This document shows positions 1 through 9,919 of a stretch of DNA of 64,000 nt, piece by piece; within the stretch, counting starts at the first letter, position 1, and each line of letters begins with the position of its first letter. This DNA comes from a virus: the IMG/VR virus record IMGVR_UViG_3300037657_000053, positions 25,024-89,023 of that record; one strand, 5' to 3'. The notes beneath the pieces were generated by a model. That model ran no database searches. It was given only the letters and a program-made list of their open reading frames with translations, and was not told the origin of the DNA. A program made the position numbers and the translations under genes.

Positions 1-5
1 AAGGT

Positions 6-2156
6 TTGGGGGCGCAACAAATTGCCGATCGTCTCGCAACGGCAATGGCAAGAACGAATTTTCAAGCGACTGATTTTGCCGTCGGTCTTTCGATGGTTTC
101 GGGTACGGCCGGACTTTTCAATCAGACTCTCGATACGACTCTCGTAGGAATGGGCCTTCTGCGAAATATGAATCTGGGCGCGTCGACATCAGCAACCGCT
201 CTCCGAGAAGCGATTCGTCGACTCGGTTCGGATCAACGGGCCCAAGCCGAAGCTTCCCGATTGATCGGGATTGAAGGTATCTTTTCTGAGAACGGTCAAG
301 GTGAAATGAGAAATATCATTGATATCATGGCCGATCTTGATACCGCGATGCAAGATCTTACGGTTGTTCAGAGGCAGCAACATCTCGCTACAATTCTTGG
401 AGCGAGAGGTTTGAATTTTTTCGCCGCCGTTTCGGGTGCTGAGTTCCGTCAAACGCTAGCCGACGGAACTACTCAAATTCTTCGTGGCGTCGATGCGGCC
501 CGAGAGCTCGAGCGGCAAATGGCGAGTTCGGCAGGAATGGCAGATCGCCTCCAACGAGCAGTGAGTGAAGGTAACTATGCCGGCGTGGTTACTGTTTTGC
601 AGGGGGTTGGACAAACTCTGCTCATCGAATTCGGGCGTCCTATTGGCGAAGTTCTTGTTCCGATTCTTGTAGTTTTTCGAGACGTTCTTACTGCAATCAC
701 TCGGTTCACGAGTCAGCTTCCTAATCCGTTGAAACGGGCGGGGGCGGCGATCATGCTTCTCTCGGGTCTTCTTTTCACCGGGTCCGGAATTGCCGGGCTA
801 TTCGTCGCTGCTCTAATTCTGATCATTCCGGTTCTCGATACGATCTTGATCGCGATTGGGGTTCTTGCGGCGGCGATGCTTCCATTCATTGCCGCTGTAG
901 GAGCGACCGGAGCGGCGATTGTCGGTTTCGTTCAACTTGTTCGTTTGAACGTCGGAGGAATTGCCGACTTTTTTACTCGTATTTGGTCGAAGGTTCGTCT
1001 CATCTTCAATGGGATCACGCAACTATTTTCTCGAGGTGGATTCTCGGGAGCGGTTCGCGAAGAGATGAATGGGGCTGAGAACGGGGGAATTCGACAATTT
1101 GCGATTTCGATCTTCCGAATCGGATCTCGAATCATGCAATTCTTCCGAGCGATCCAAACCGGGTTCTCGGCAGCGGCTCGGGCCATGGGTCCGAGGGTGC
1201 AAGGGATGCTTCGATCCTTCCGAGAGCTATTTGAAGCTCTCGGCTTTGTGAGCGCGGGGGTGAGCGGTCTCGCAGATACAGATATGAACGCTTGGGCGGA
1301 AGGTGGAGCTCGAGTCGGCGCGATCCTTGCCGATGTTCTCGGCTATATTGTTGACGGGATTCGACGAACGACGATGGTAGCGACGCACATGATAAAATTT
1401 TTTGGCGAAGGGTGGGCGCAACTCGCCCCATTCTTCGAGATTCTTGGCGGTCAAATTTCCATGCTGGCGACCGAATTTCAAGCACTATTCACCGAGTTGA
1501 ATGTTCACACGGGCGACAACGCTCAAGGAATGATGAGTCTCGGAGAAGTCGCGGCTTTTGTTCTTCGAGGAATCGTCGGTTCGATCGTTTCGGTGGTAAC
1601 AGCTATGGTTTGGCTTACTCGTCAAATTGTTGCTGTTATGCGGTTCTTCACGTCGGCGGGGGCGACGATCGGGGATGGTTTTGCGATCATGTCGATTCGA
1701 GTGAGAACAGTTTTCGCGAACATGGTTGATCATATCCGGAATGCACTCGATCAAATTCTCGTCTTCATCGGACAACTCATCGGTCGCATTCCAGCCGGTT
1801 TCCGTCCCCAAGGTCTTGATGACGTCGTCCGATCGGGAATGGAGGCGGAAACGCGAATCAACCAACGGAATGAGAATATCGCCGCTCGAACGGCGGCCGG
1901 TCGCCGAGAAGAGGCGACTCGGGGAATTTCTCGAACTCGAGCTTTCGAGGCAATATCACAAGTTCAAGGCCAAGCTCGGGATCGACAAATGGAAGCGGTC
2001 GTGAGAGCACTCGAAACTGAGCGAGCTCGTGATCGAGCAGAAGCGCAACGGCCGATCGAGGTTCATATCGACGGCGAGCGAGTAGCGTCGGCGGTAGCCG
2101 GGGCGAATCGTCGAGAGGGAGCTCGGGGCTTCGTTCCGGTTCCTACCGACGGTTGA
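6..2156 (+). CDS. Tail tape measure protein, C-terminal part (5' end outside window)
   Basis: Long Ala/Gly-rich helical ORF with a TP901-type core, hydrophobic segments and C-terminal IEVHIDGERVA; lies directly upstream of tube-initiator and baseplate genes. Confidence 0.85.
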   Translation: MGAQQIADRLATAMARTNFQATDFAVGLSMVSGTAGLFNQTLDTTLVGMGLLRNMNLGASTSATALREAIRRLGSDQRAQAEASRLIGIEGIFSENGQGEMRNIIDIMADLDTAMQDLTVVQRQQHLATILGARGLNFFAAVSGAEFRQTLADGTTQILRGVDAARELERQMASSAGMADRLQRAVSEGNYAGVVTVLQGVGQTLLIEFGRPIGEVLVPILVVFRDVLTAITRFTSQLPNPLKRAGAAIMLLSGLLFTGSGIAGLFVAALILIIPVLDTILIAIGVLAAAMLPFIAAVGATGAAIVGFVQLVRLNVGGIADFFTRIWSKVRLIFNGITQLFSRGGFSGAVREEMNGAENGGIRQFAISIFRIGSRIMQFFRAIQTGFSAAARAMGPRVQGMLRSFRELFEALGFVSAGVSGLADTDMNAWAEGGARVGAILADVLGYIVDGIRRTTMVATHMIKFFGEGWAQLAPFFEILGGQISMLATEFQALFTELNVHTGDNAQGMMSLGEVAAFVLRGIVGSIVSVVTAMVWLTRQIVAVMRFFTSAGATIGDGFAIMSIRVRTVFANMVDHIRNALDQILVFIGQLIGRIPAGFRPQGLDDVVRSGMEAETRINQRNENIAARTAAGRREEATRGISRTRAFEAISQVQGQARDRQMEAVVRALETERARDRAEAQRPIEVHIDGERVASAVAGANRREGARGFVPVPTDG

Positions 2157-2167
2157 GGTGACGAGAG

Positions 2168-2770
2168 ATGAGCTTCGCGGGCGACGCGGGGGCCAGACCC
2201 CCTCAAGTGAGCTTCACTGCTCTTCGGACCGGTGAGACCTATTACATGCCTTATGTTCCCGAGACGTTCACCGAGAAGGTCGAGGCGAAGTATTCGAGCC
2301 AAACAATTCTTGGAATGAGTCACGAGAACGACCAATTCTCAAACACGACGAATCATTCCTTCGAGAAGCTCTCTTTCTATTTCAAGGGTGAGAGAGAAGA
2401 CGACACTGCTCGGATTCATGAGGGACGGAAATTTCTTCTTTCGCTCTGCTATCCTCCGGCCGGGGCGGGCTCGGTTCGGGACGGGGGCCCGACTCGGGTT
2501 CTCTTCATTTGGCCCCTTATGGTGACCATGACTTGTAAGGTCGAGTCAGTCACGATCAGTCATGAGAAGTTCAATCGGCAGGGGTTGACCACGCAATTCA
2601 GAGCAGAGATCGAGCTCAGTGAGATTAGAGATCAACGGTTGACCGCAGAAGAGGTTCGCGAAAATGGAACCCTTCGATCGCCCGACGTCGGTTCTCAGCT
2701 TCGAGATTTGCCGACTTTTCTCGATGGATCGCTAGAGTTGAGAGATCTTCCCGACGACTTCGGAGGTTGA
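2168..2770 (+). CDS. Tail tube initiator / contractile-system tube-like protein
   Basis: Position after tape measure; YVPETFTE...GPTRVLFIWP pattern typical of this family; RBS GAGGTG. Confidence 0.6.
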   Translation: MSFAGDAGARPPQVSFTALRTGETYYMPYVPETFTEKVEAKYSSQTILGMSHENDQFSNTTNHSFEKLSFYFKGEREDDTARIHEGRKFLLSLCYPPAGAGSVRDGGPTRVLFIWPLMVTMTCKVESVTISHEKFNRQGLTTQFRAEIELSEIRDQRLTAEEVRENGTLRSPDVGSQLRDLPTFLDGSLELRDLPDDFGG

Positions 2771-2771
2771 C

Positions 2772-3107
2772 ATGCCCCCTCGACAGAATAGTCGCTACAG
2801 TTTTTCTCGAGGTTACACCGACGAGAGCGGCGCCTTCGTTTTGACCGATCCGGTTCCTTTTCGCTTTCATCCTTACACCGACAACCGATTTCACACCATC
2901 ACAAGTGAAGATTCTCTCTTCACTCTCGCGGCGAAATACTTCAAGCGATTTCCCCGCCCCAATGGCTTATGGTGGATCATCGCCGACTTTCAACCTGACC
3001 CGATTCACGATCCGACTCGGCGGCTCGGGGTGGGAACGGTTCTCGTGATTCCTTCCGATCGGACCGTCCAAGAGAACATCTTCGCGTCGAAGCGTTATGA
3101 CGAATAA
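2772..3107 (+). CDS. LysM-like / tail X baseplate protein
   Basis: HTITSEDSLFTLAAKYF...LWWIIADFQ...GTVLVIP LysM-like pattern; synteny. Confidence 0.75.
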   Translation: MPPRQNSRYSFSRGYTDESGAFVLTDPVPFRFHPYTDNRFHTITSEDSLFTLAAKYFKRFPRPNGLWWIIADFQPDPIHDPTRRLGVGTVLVIPSDRTVQENIFASKRYDE

Positions 3108-3137
3108 GCTGGAAACCCGGGTTTACAAGGTGAAGTC

Positions 3138-4697
3138 ATGACCGTTCGTGACCGTTCGGCGCCCATGCTTCTCGTGCGCCTTCAAGATCAGAACAATGAA
3201 TACCGGGTCGTGACCGACTCGGTTCTCTCGTTTTCGTACACCGACGCGGAACGCAAAACCGACACGGTGAAGATCACCGTTGATAACTCGAACCTTGAAC
3301 AATTCGACGATCCGGTTTGGAGGAAGGGGGGGCGAATTCGGGTTTCGTGGGGTTATCCCGGCGCTATGGCGCCCGAGCGAACGTGTGTGATCACTTCTGT
3401 GAAGGGGTTTCGTGAGCTCTCGATCGAGGCGAACGGTGAAGACGTGACGATGAACACTATTCAACGTCAACGATCTTTCGAGTCAATGACGATCTCTCAG
3501 ATTGCCGAACAGATCGCCGACGAGTATGGTTTCGGGCCCGATGTTCGGTTCATCGACGACACAGGTGAGCGGCGTTTGATCGTCGCACAAGCGAATCTGA
3601 CAGATGCTCAATTCTTGCGGCAACGTGCGAGCGAAGAAGGTTTTGAATTTTACGTCGATTTTGACGGCTTCCACTTCCACGAGCGGCGGCTTGGGGAACC
3701 CCCGGTTCGAGTTCTTCGATACTTCATCGATCAAGGCGCGGGCGACTTTATCGGCGATCCGTCAATTGAGAACGATCTCACGGCTCGCCCGGGGCGCGTT
3801 CGAGCTCGGGGGCGCAATCCCCGAACCCGAACCGATATTGACGTTGCGGCTGATAACGCGAGCGATAACCATCGAGACACTCTCGCAGAGACGGTCGAGT
3901 TGATCGATCCCGATACAGGTGACGCTTCGACTGTCGAGCATCGCGTCGCTTCCGAGTCGACGATCAGAACACCGGCAAGCAATGACGAACGAGCGAGCCG
4001 TGGGGCTCGGGGTCGATTCAGGCGAGCTCAACAAGTAGCGGTCAAGATGACTTGTTCGATCATCGGCGATCCGACTCTTTTAGCGAAGACGATCGTCCAA
4101 GTCGAGGGAATGGGCCGTCGGCTCTCGGTGAAATACTACATAACCGAGGTGACACACGATCTCGCCCCTTCGGGCTATGAATGTAAGTTGAAGATGGTTT
4201 CGGATGGTCACGGTGGACACTCGACGGTGAGCCGGCAAGCAGAGGGGCTTTCGATGATCGGTGTTCAACAGCAACGCTCGAATCGCTCTCGAGGGGGTGG
4301 TTCCTCGGGAGACGTCGCGGGAAGGCTCTCACGGGCTCTCAGCGCGGCGAGAGCGGCGGGCGATACAGACTCCGTTCGAGCTCTTGAACGCGCTCAGAGG
4401 GCCTATCAGGGCGGCGGAAACGCCAACCGGGCGGAAGTGTCTCGAGCTCTCGATCAAGTCGCTCGGAATCCGAACGCTTCGAGCGAGGTTCGGGGCGAAG
4501 CGGCGGCGGCTCGAGGCGAACTCAATCAACGGGGAGCCGAGACGGCTTCAGGTGGGCGCCCGAATCGGAACGTGGCAAATGATCGAGAGAATGATTCTCT
4601 CGAGCCGGTCGAGGTGATTGATCCTGACTCGGGAGCTTCGATGATTCGTTATAACCAGACGCCCGGCCGGGGCTCAACTCCTCGGTCTTCGAGGTGA
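3138..4697 (+). CDS. Baseplate hub (late control D / gpD-like)
   Basis: TISQIAEQIADEYG and QANLTDAQFLRQRASEEGFEFYVD, KYYITEVTHDL motifs; synteny. Confidence 0.8.
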   Translation: MTVRDRSAPMLLVRLQDQNNEYRVVTDSVLSFSYTDAERKTDTVKITVDNSNLEQFDDPVWRKGGRIRVSWGYPGAMAPERTCVITSVKGFRELSIEANGEDVTMNTIQRQRSFESMTISQIAEQIADEYGFGPDVRFIDDTGERRLIVAQANLTDAQFLRQRASEEGFEFYVDFDGFHFHERRLGEPPVRVLRYFIDQGAGDFIGDPSIENDLTARPGRVRARGRNPRTRTDIDVAADNASDNHRDTLAETVELIDPDTGDASTVEHRVASESTIRTPASNDERASRGARGRFRRAQQVAVKMTCSIIGDPTLLAKTIVQVEGMGRRLSVKYYITEVTHDLAPSGYECKLKMVSDGHGGHSTVSRQAEGLSMIGVQQQRSNRSRGGGSSGDVAGRLSRALSAARAAGDTDSVRALERAQRAYQGGGNANRAEVSRALDQVARNPNASSEVRGEAAAARGELNQRGAETASGGRPNRNVANDRENDSLEPVEVIDPDSGASMIRYNQTPGRGSTPRSSR

Positions 4698-5251
4698 TTG
4701 TGCGACCGAACTATGACGATCCAATTCCCCCTATTCTCGGGCTCGAGATCGGTGAGGTGATCGATCGAGACGATCCAGAGGGGCTCGGTCGAGTGAGAAT
4801 CCGAATCCCCGGATTGATCGATCGCTCTAATTGGGCTTGGCCCCTCGGGGTCTCAGGTGGCGGGTCAAGAGATGAGGGCTTCTTCAATGTTCCCCCGCTT
4901 CACTCAGAAGTCGGGGTTCTCTTCAAGCAAGGGCATCCCGATCACCCCTATTACATGCCGGCGAATTGGGGAACCGGCGAGCCCCCCGAAGCGAGTAGTG
5001 AGGGCGATCCCGACGTGAAGGTGATCGCCTTGAAAGATTATGATGTGATCGTCGATACGCGCCCGGCGTCGAAGAGCTTCAAGATCGTCGACAAGTCGAG
5101 TTCTCGAGACGTGATCGAGTTCAATGGAATCACTCGAGCTCTCACTCTCAAGGCGACTTCTGGGATCACGATCGAGGCGACCGGCGAGGTTCGGATCAAC
5201 GGGTTACAAGTCATAATCAACGGAATCCCGGCCGGGCTCGGTCGGTTGTGA
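4694..5251 (+). CDS. Baseplate spike (gpV / gp5 OB-fold)
   Basis: DPEGLGRVRIRIP...WAWP...GFFNVPPLHSEVGVLFKQGHPDHPY. Confidence 0.85.
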   Translation: MIVRPNYDDPIPPILGLEIGEVIDRDDPEGLGRVRIRIPGLIDRSNWAWPLGVSGGGSRDEGFFNVPPLHSEVGVLFKQGHPDHPYYMPANWGTGEPPEASSEGDPDVKVIALKDYDVIVDTRPASKSFKIVDKSSSRDVIEFNGITRALTLKATSGITIEATGEVRINGLQVIINGIPAGLGRL

Positions 5252-5258
5252 GGCGAAT

Positions 5259-5951
5259 ATGGTTTGCGTTATGGCTACGGTGGGCGATCAGTCGGTCACG
5301 GTGAGACTTCCTGGGGGTGCGACGCTTCAACCCATGATCTCGGTTCCCTTTCCGACGAACCTTCAAATCGTGAAGAACCTCCTCTCTCAGGCTTCGTCGG
5401 CTCTCGCCCCTCTCTTACCGGTCTTCAACATAATTGACGCGATCATCGCGATCAAAGACTTCGCGAGCTCGGTTCCCGAGTTGATCGTGAATCCCCCGGC
5501 CGTTGTGGAAGCGATTACGAATCTTGTTGAGAAGGTCGCCGCTCTCGCGAGCTTGATTCCGCAACTATCGGTTCCCCTTCTCATCGTCGATCTCGTCGGT
5601 GTGGTGATCCTCGCTCTTCAAGGTCTTGTGACTGAGCTTCAAGCGATCGTCGAACAACTCGAGAGGATCGAGGCGGCTCGTCAGATTGCACAAGACGAAG
5701 GAAACGTGGCTCTTCTCGAGATGACGATTTGCGCCGATGATCTGCTCGCGTCGGTTCAGGAGAATCTCTCGAATTCCCTCGGGCCGCTCAACTCGCTCTT
5801 CTCGGTGATCAACATCTTTCTCGAGTTGATCGGTCAAGATCCGATTCCGACTCTTGACGATCTTCCCGATGATCCGAATGAGGCGATCGACACCTTGAAC
5901 GCGCTCGTCGAGACCCTCACAATCATTCGACAGGCAATCCCGATTCCGTAG
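5259..5951 (+). CDS. Hypothetical virion-associated helical protein
   Basis: 230 aa ORF with RBS, within the baseplate module. Confidence 0.55.
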   Translation: MVCVMATVGDQSVTVRLPGGATLQPMISVPFPTNLQIVKNLLSQASSALAPLLPVFNIIDAIIAIKDFASSVPELIVNPPAVVEAITNLVEKVAALASLIPQLSVPLLIVDLVGVVILALQGLVTELQAIVEQLERIEAARQIAQDEGNVALLEMTICADDLLASVQENLSNSLGPLNSLFSVINIFLELIGQDPIPTLDDLPDDPNEAIDTLNALVETLTIIRQAIPIP

Positions 5952-5995
5952 CGGGGCGGTTCCTGGTACACTCAACCGAGAGGTGAGGCGATCTC

Positions 5996-6994
5996 ATGGC
6001 TTGGACCTTCGACGTGAATAATTCTTGTCTCGTTGCCGGAGATATCGGTAAGTCTTTTCTTATTTGGAAGGACAAGGGGGTCGCGAGTTCCATTCTCGAG
6101 GTTCTCGGATCGGGCGATGGAAGAACGGCATTTGAGAATTCAGGTCAAACGGCCGGTCCGAACTATGATGTTCTTACAGGCGGGTCTTCCGTTTGGAACT
6201 CTGGAGTCGATAATGAATGGTCGAACACGAACGCTTGGCTCCGTGTTCGTGTGATCGGAACGACATTAGAGTTCATCATTCAAAGACAATCTTCATCTTC
6301 CGCTTCTTACGAATCGGCGTTCAAGATTCTTGTTTCTCCAACCGGTTTCACGAGCGGCGGGGCTTCCGCTACTGTTCGACCCACCGGAACCGATCAACAA
6401 TACCTTTTGGGTTCCGCCGTGGCTTTTGGAACTTTCGCTTCTTACAATACCGATATGCACATTCACGTTGGCTTCAATGAAACGGCCAACGCAAACGGAT
6501 TTCATTCTTTTTACCTTGCTTTGAACTATACGGCCTCGAAGCAACTCTATGCGGTTTGGCTTTTCGATTGCGTCGATCAAGCAAAGACGGGCGATGCTCA
6601 AGATTGGGTCACTTATATTTATACGGGCTCAACTCCATTGTCATATGCTTACCTGGGATATATTAGCGCGACTTACGGTCAATCATATTACGATTATGGT
6701 GGAGCTTCGGAAGCTTTTTATAGGACCGAAGCCCAGCATTTGGTCAATGGATCAAATAACGCTTTTTTTCCGAGCTATGTTGGAATTCAACCGGAAGATT
6801 CTAAAACTCGATCGTTCCCAATCGTTTGGGGATGCGTGGCTTATACTTTTTATAAGGGTGTGAGCTCGTTTATCGAGTGGAAAGGAATCGCGGCGAGAAA
6901 CTATCCCGATACGGTGGATCTGGCGTCGACGGATGCGAAGGTCTACTTTGACGATGTGCTTCTTCCTTGGGAACAGGGAACGGCTCCGTTGTAG
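5996..6994 (+). CDS. Hypothetical structural protein, lower GC than flanks
   Basis: 332 aa Ser/Tyr/Gly-rich ORF, RBS GAGGTGAGG. Confidence 0.6.
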   Translation: MAWTFDVNNSCLVAGDIGKSFLIWKDKGVASSILEVLGSGDGRTAFENSGQTAGPNYDVLTGGSSVWNSGVDNEWSNTNAWLRVRVIGTTLEFIIQRQSSSSASYESAFKILVSPTGFTSGGASATVRPTGTDQQYLLGSAVAFGTFASYNTDMHIHVGFNETANANGFHSFYLALNYTASKQLYAVWLFDCVDQAKTGDAQDWVTYIYTGSTPLSYAYLGYISATYGQSYYDYGGASEAFYRTEAQHLVNGSNNAFFPSYVGIQPEDSKTRSFPIVWGCVAYTFYKGVSSFIEWKGIAARNYPDTVDLASTDAKVYFDDVLLPWEQGTAPL

Positions 6995-7014
6995 TTGTAG
7001 GTAGAAGGTGAATC

Positions 7015-7806
7015 GTGGCCGATTACACCGATAGCGCAGAGCTTTCAATCGATCTTCCCCTTCAAGGACAGATTGATTCGTTGTATGCCGGGCGAGTTCT
7101 TGCGGCGGCGGCAGCGGCCGACATCACACCTCCGACAATCAACTCATTCACGCCTTCGGCCGGAACGATCGACCCTAGTCAATCAATTGTGATTGAAATG
7201 GGCGACGATGAAGAGCTCAACACGGGTCGAAAGGTCTTCGTTTTTGCGAGCTATCCTCTTCTCGGTCTGATCGAACTCGCTTATGACGGCTCGGCTTTCG
7301 TCGGCGATTACACCGGATCTGAGATTCAAACTTCCGCGCCCCCGGCAGAGCTCGTTGAGTTGACGATCTCGAGAACCGGGGGATGGTATGCCTCGCCCCT
7401 ACACCTCATCGTTTACGTCTTCGACGAAGCAGGGAATCAAGCGACAGATACCGAGATTTATACGGTGAGCCCCGATCCGACCGTTCTTCCCGACTCGACC
7501 GCGCCGGTCGTATTGAACTACTCACCGGCTCCGGGCTCGACGATCAGCACGGGTGATTCAATCGCCTTTGACGTGACCGACAACTCGGGAAGTTTCACGC
7601 GAATCATGGTGGTCGCGTGGTATCGTGCGACGGGCGTTCAAGAGGTGATTCACGACGGCGATGGATTTACCGGATACTTCAATTCGACGAGTTCTCGAGT
7701 GATCATCTCGGGGGGCTACCGTTACACCGTCGCACGGTTCGGTGGTTGGGAACATTCGCCAACGATTCGAGTGTTCCCCATTGATGCGGCCGGGAACGAG
7801 GCTTAG
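7015..7806 (+). CDS. Ig-like repeat virion protein
   Basis: Two repeats DxTxP...DxAGN (DITPPTI...DEAGNQ; DSTAPVV...DAAGNE). Confidence 0.65.
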   Translation: MADYTDSAELSIDLPLQGQIDSLYAGRVLAAAAAADITPPTINSFTPSAGTIDPSQSIVIEMGDDEELNTGRKVFVFASYPLLGLIELAYDGSAFVGDYTGSEIQTSAPPAELVELTISRTGGWYASPLHLIVYVFDEAGNQATDTEIYTVSPDPTVLPDSTAPVVLNYSPAPGSTISTGDSIAFDVTDNSGSFTRIMVVAWYRATGVQEVIHDGDGFTGYFNSTSSRVIISGGYRYTVARFGGWEHSPTIRVFPIDAAGNEA

Positions 7807-7808
7807 AC

Positions 7809-8327
7809 GTGCCTTCGAGCGCAACCTATACCCTAACCACTCCCGGGGCTCCCGCGCCTTCAGGGGGCGTTACCGGGGCAGGAATCGCCCCTTCCTCCGG
7901 TCCCGACTTCCTCGGCTTCGGATTGCTCGCTCCGTTCCAACGAACGGCGGCCGACTTCGCGAACGCGGGGGGAATGGAACACCTTCAATCTATGATCGGA
8001 CAGGTTCTCGGCACCATGGCGGGGTCGGACTATACGGAAGGTGAGATTCCTTGGAGATCCGACTTTGGTTCGCTGCTTCATTTACTCCGTCATCGAAACA
8101 ACGATCCGGTCACGGCAGAGCTTGCCCGAGTCTACATTGGCGAAGCTCTCGCTCGTTGGATTCCTCAGATTCGTTTGATCGACGTGCGAACCGAAAAGCG
8201 CAAGGGCCCCGAGGGCGAAGAGAACGTTCTCGAGGTGAGGATCAAGTATCGAATCGTTGGGATTCAACAAGCCGGGAACGAGGTTCTCGGTCAACCGATT
8301 TCACAATCCGTCTACCTTCCCGCATAA
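7809..8327 (+). CDS. Baseplate wedge / sheath initiator (gp25 / gpW-like)
   Basis: GEIPWRSDFGS...EALARWIPQIRL motif. Confidence 0.85.
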   Translation: MPSSATYTLTTPGAPAPSGGVTGAGIAPSSGPDFLGFGLLAPFQRTAADFANAGGMEHLQSMIGQVLGTMAGSDYTEGEIPWRSDFGSLLHLLRHRNNDPVTAELARVYIGEALARWIPQIRLIDVRTEKRKGPEGEENVLEVRIKYRIVGIQQAGNEVLGQPISQSVYLPA

Positions 8328-8415
8328 TAGAACCTCGACATTGTAAACCCGGGTTTCCGCGCGAGTGACGCCGAAGACGACTCGGGTTATAGTCGTTTGA
8401 AGGAAGGGGCTTCAA

Positions 8416-9918
8416 ATGGCCGTTCTCGGATCACAGCTTGACTATAGCGACAAGGACTTTGACGCGATCCGTGCGAGACTCTTCAACCTCGTCGCGGGTG
8501 TCTTTCCGACTTGGACGGCGCGTCAAGTGGCTTCATTCGGAACCCTCTTGATCGAGCTCTATTCCTTCGTCGGCGATGTGTTACACAAGTATCAAGACAA
8601 CCAAGCCGGCGATTCTCGTTGGTCTACTGCGACGCAACGTAAGAATTTGATCGCCATGGCGAAGCTGATCGGCTTCGAGCCGGCGACGGCGACGGCTTCA
8701 CAAGTCGATCTCGTGATCTCAATGCCAAGCGCACAAGCAACCGACGTCGATATTCCGGCCGGCTCGATCTGCCGAACGAATTCGAGATCGAATCAGGTCA
8801 AGTTCCCGACTCTTGTTGACGCGGTGATCACGGCAGGCTCGCTCTCGACAACAGTCACGGGGGAAAACTCGGAAGAGGAAGAAGACATCTTCACTTCTTC
8901 CGAGACTCCGAACTATTCGTTCGTTCTCGAGTCGGCCCCCTATCTCGATGGCTCGATCATTCTCACGGCTGGAAACGGTGTCTATTCCGAAGTTGACGAC
9001 TTCCTCGACTCGACTTCGATCGACCTTCACTTCACGATCACGGTCGATCAGAACGACAAGGCGACGGTGAGATTCGGCGATGGGAACAACGGGGCGATCC
9101 CGACCGGTACGATCACCGCGTCTTACAAGACGGGCGGGGGCGCGATCGGGGTGGTTGAATCCGGTGCGGTTTCGGTAATCGAGGGGAACTATCAAGCCGA
9201 CGACGGGACGATTGTTCAACTCTCAGTCACCAATCCGACCGCTTCGACCGAAGCAACCGACCGGAACACGATCGAGCAGATCCGACAACTCGCGCCTCTC
9301 TCGCTTCGGGTTCTCAATCGAACCGTCTCGAGGGAAGATTACGAGGTGAACGCGAAGAGGGTCGCAGGCGTGGTTCGGGCTTGTATGCTCACCTCGAACG
9401 AGAACGGGGCGATCGCTGAGAACGCGGGAATCCTCTTCATTGTTCCAACGGGCGGCGGAACCCCGACGGCGGCTCTTCTCTCGGCCGTCGAGACCATGGT
9501 AACGATCACCTATCCGAACACCCTTACATTCTCTCTTGTCGTTTCGGCGCCGTCTTACAAAGCGGTCAATGTCTATGCGAAGGTGTATCCCCGAGCCGGT
9601 CAAGATGCGGCGACCCTTCGATCTCGAATTGTGGCGAACCTCACGGACTTCTTCGCCGTTGAGAATGACGATGGAACGCCGAATGAGAGCATCGGCTTCG
9701 GTTATGACTATGCGGAAACGGGCGACACTAGCGGCGACTTCCCATGGTCAGATGTCTTCAACGTGGTCCGTGACACGATCGGAGTAAAAAAGGTCGACGC
9801 GGGGGTTGACGGCTTTCTTCTCAACGGCGAACGTGACGACGTGAGTCTTCTACTATGGGAATTCCCTCAAGTGGGTACGATCACGTTGATCAACGGTAAT
9901 ACGGGGGCCGCGCTCTAA
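8416..9918 (+). CDS. Baseplate J-like wedge protein
   Basis: DYSDKDFDAIR, FGDGNNGAIP, YKTGGG, RTVSREDYE motifs. Confidence 0.9.
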   Translation: MAVLGSQLDYSDKDFDAIRARLFNLVAGVFPTWTARQVASFGTLLIELYSFVGDVLHKYQDNQAGDSRWSTATQRKNLIAMAKLIGFEPATATASQVDLVISMPSAQATDVDIPAGSICRTNSRSNQVKFPTLVDAVITAGSLSTTVTGENSEEEEDIFTSSETPNYSFVLESAPYLDGSIILTAGNGVYSEVDDFLDSTSIDLHFTITVDQNDKATVRFGDGNNGAIPTGTITASYKTGGGAIGVVESGAVSVIEGNYQADDGTIVQLSVTNPTASTEATDRNTIEQIRQLAPLSLRVLNRTVSREDYEVNAKRVAGVVRACMLTSNENGAIAENAGILFIVPTGGGTPTAALLSAVETMVTITYPNTLTFSLVVSAPSYKAVNVYAKVYPRAGQDAATLRSRIVANLTDFFAVENDDGTPNESIGFGYDYAETGDTSGDFPWSDVFNVVRDTIGVKKVDAGVDGFLLNGERDDVSLLLWEFPQVGTITLINGNTGAAL

Positions 9919-9919
9919 C

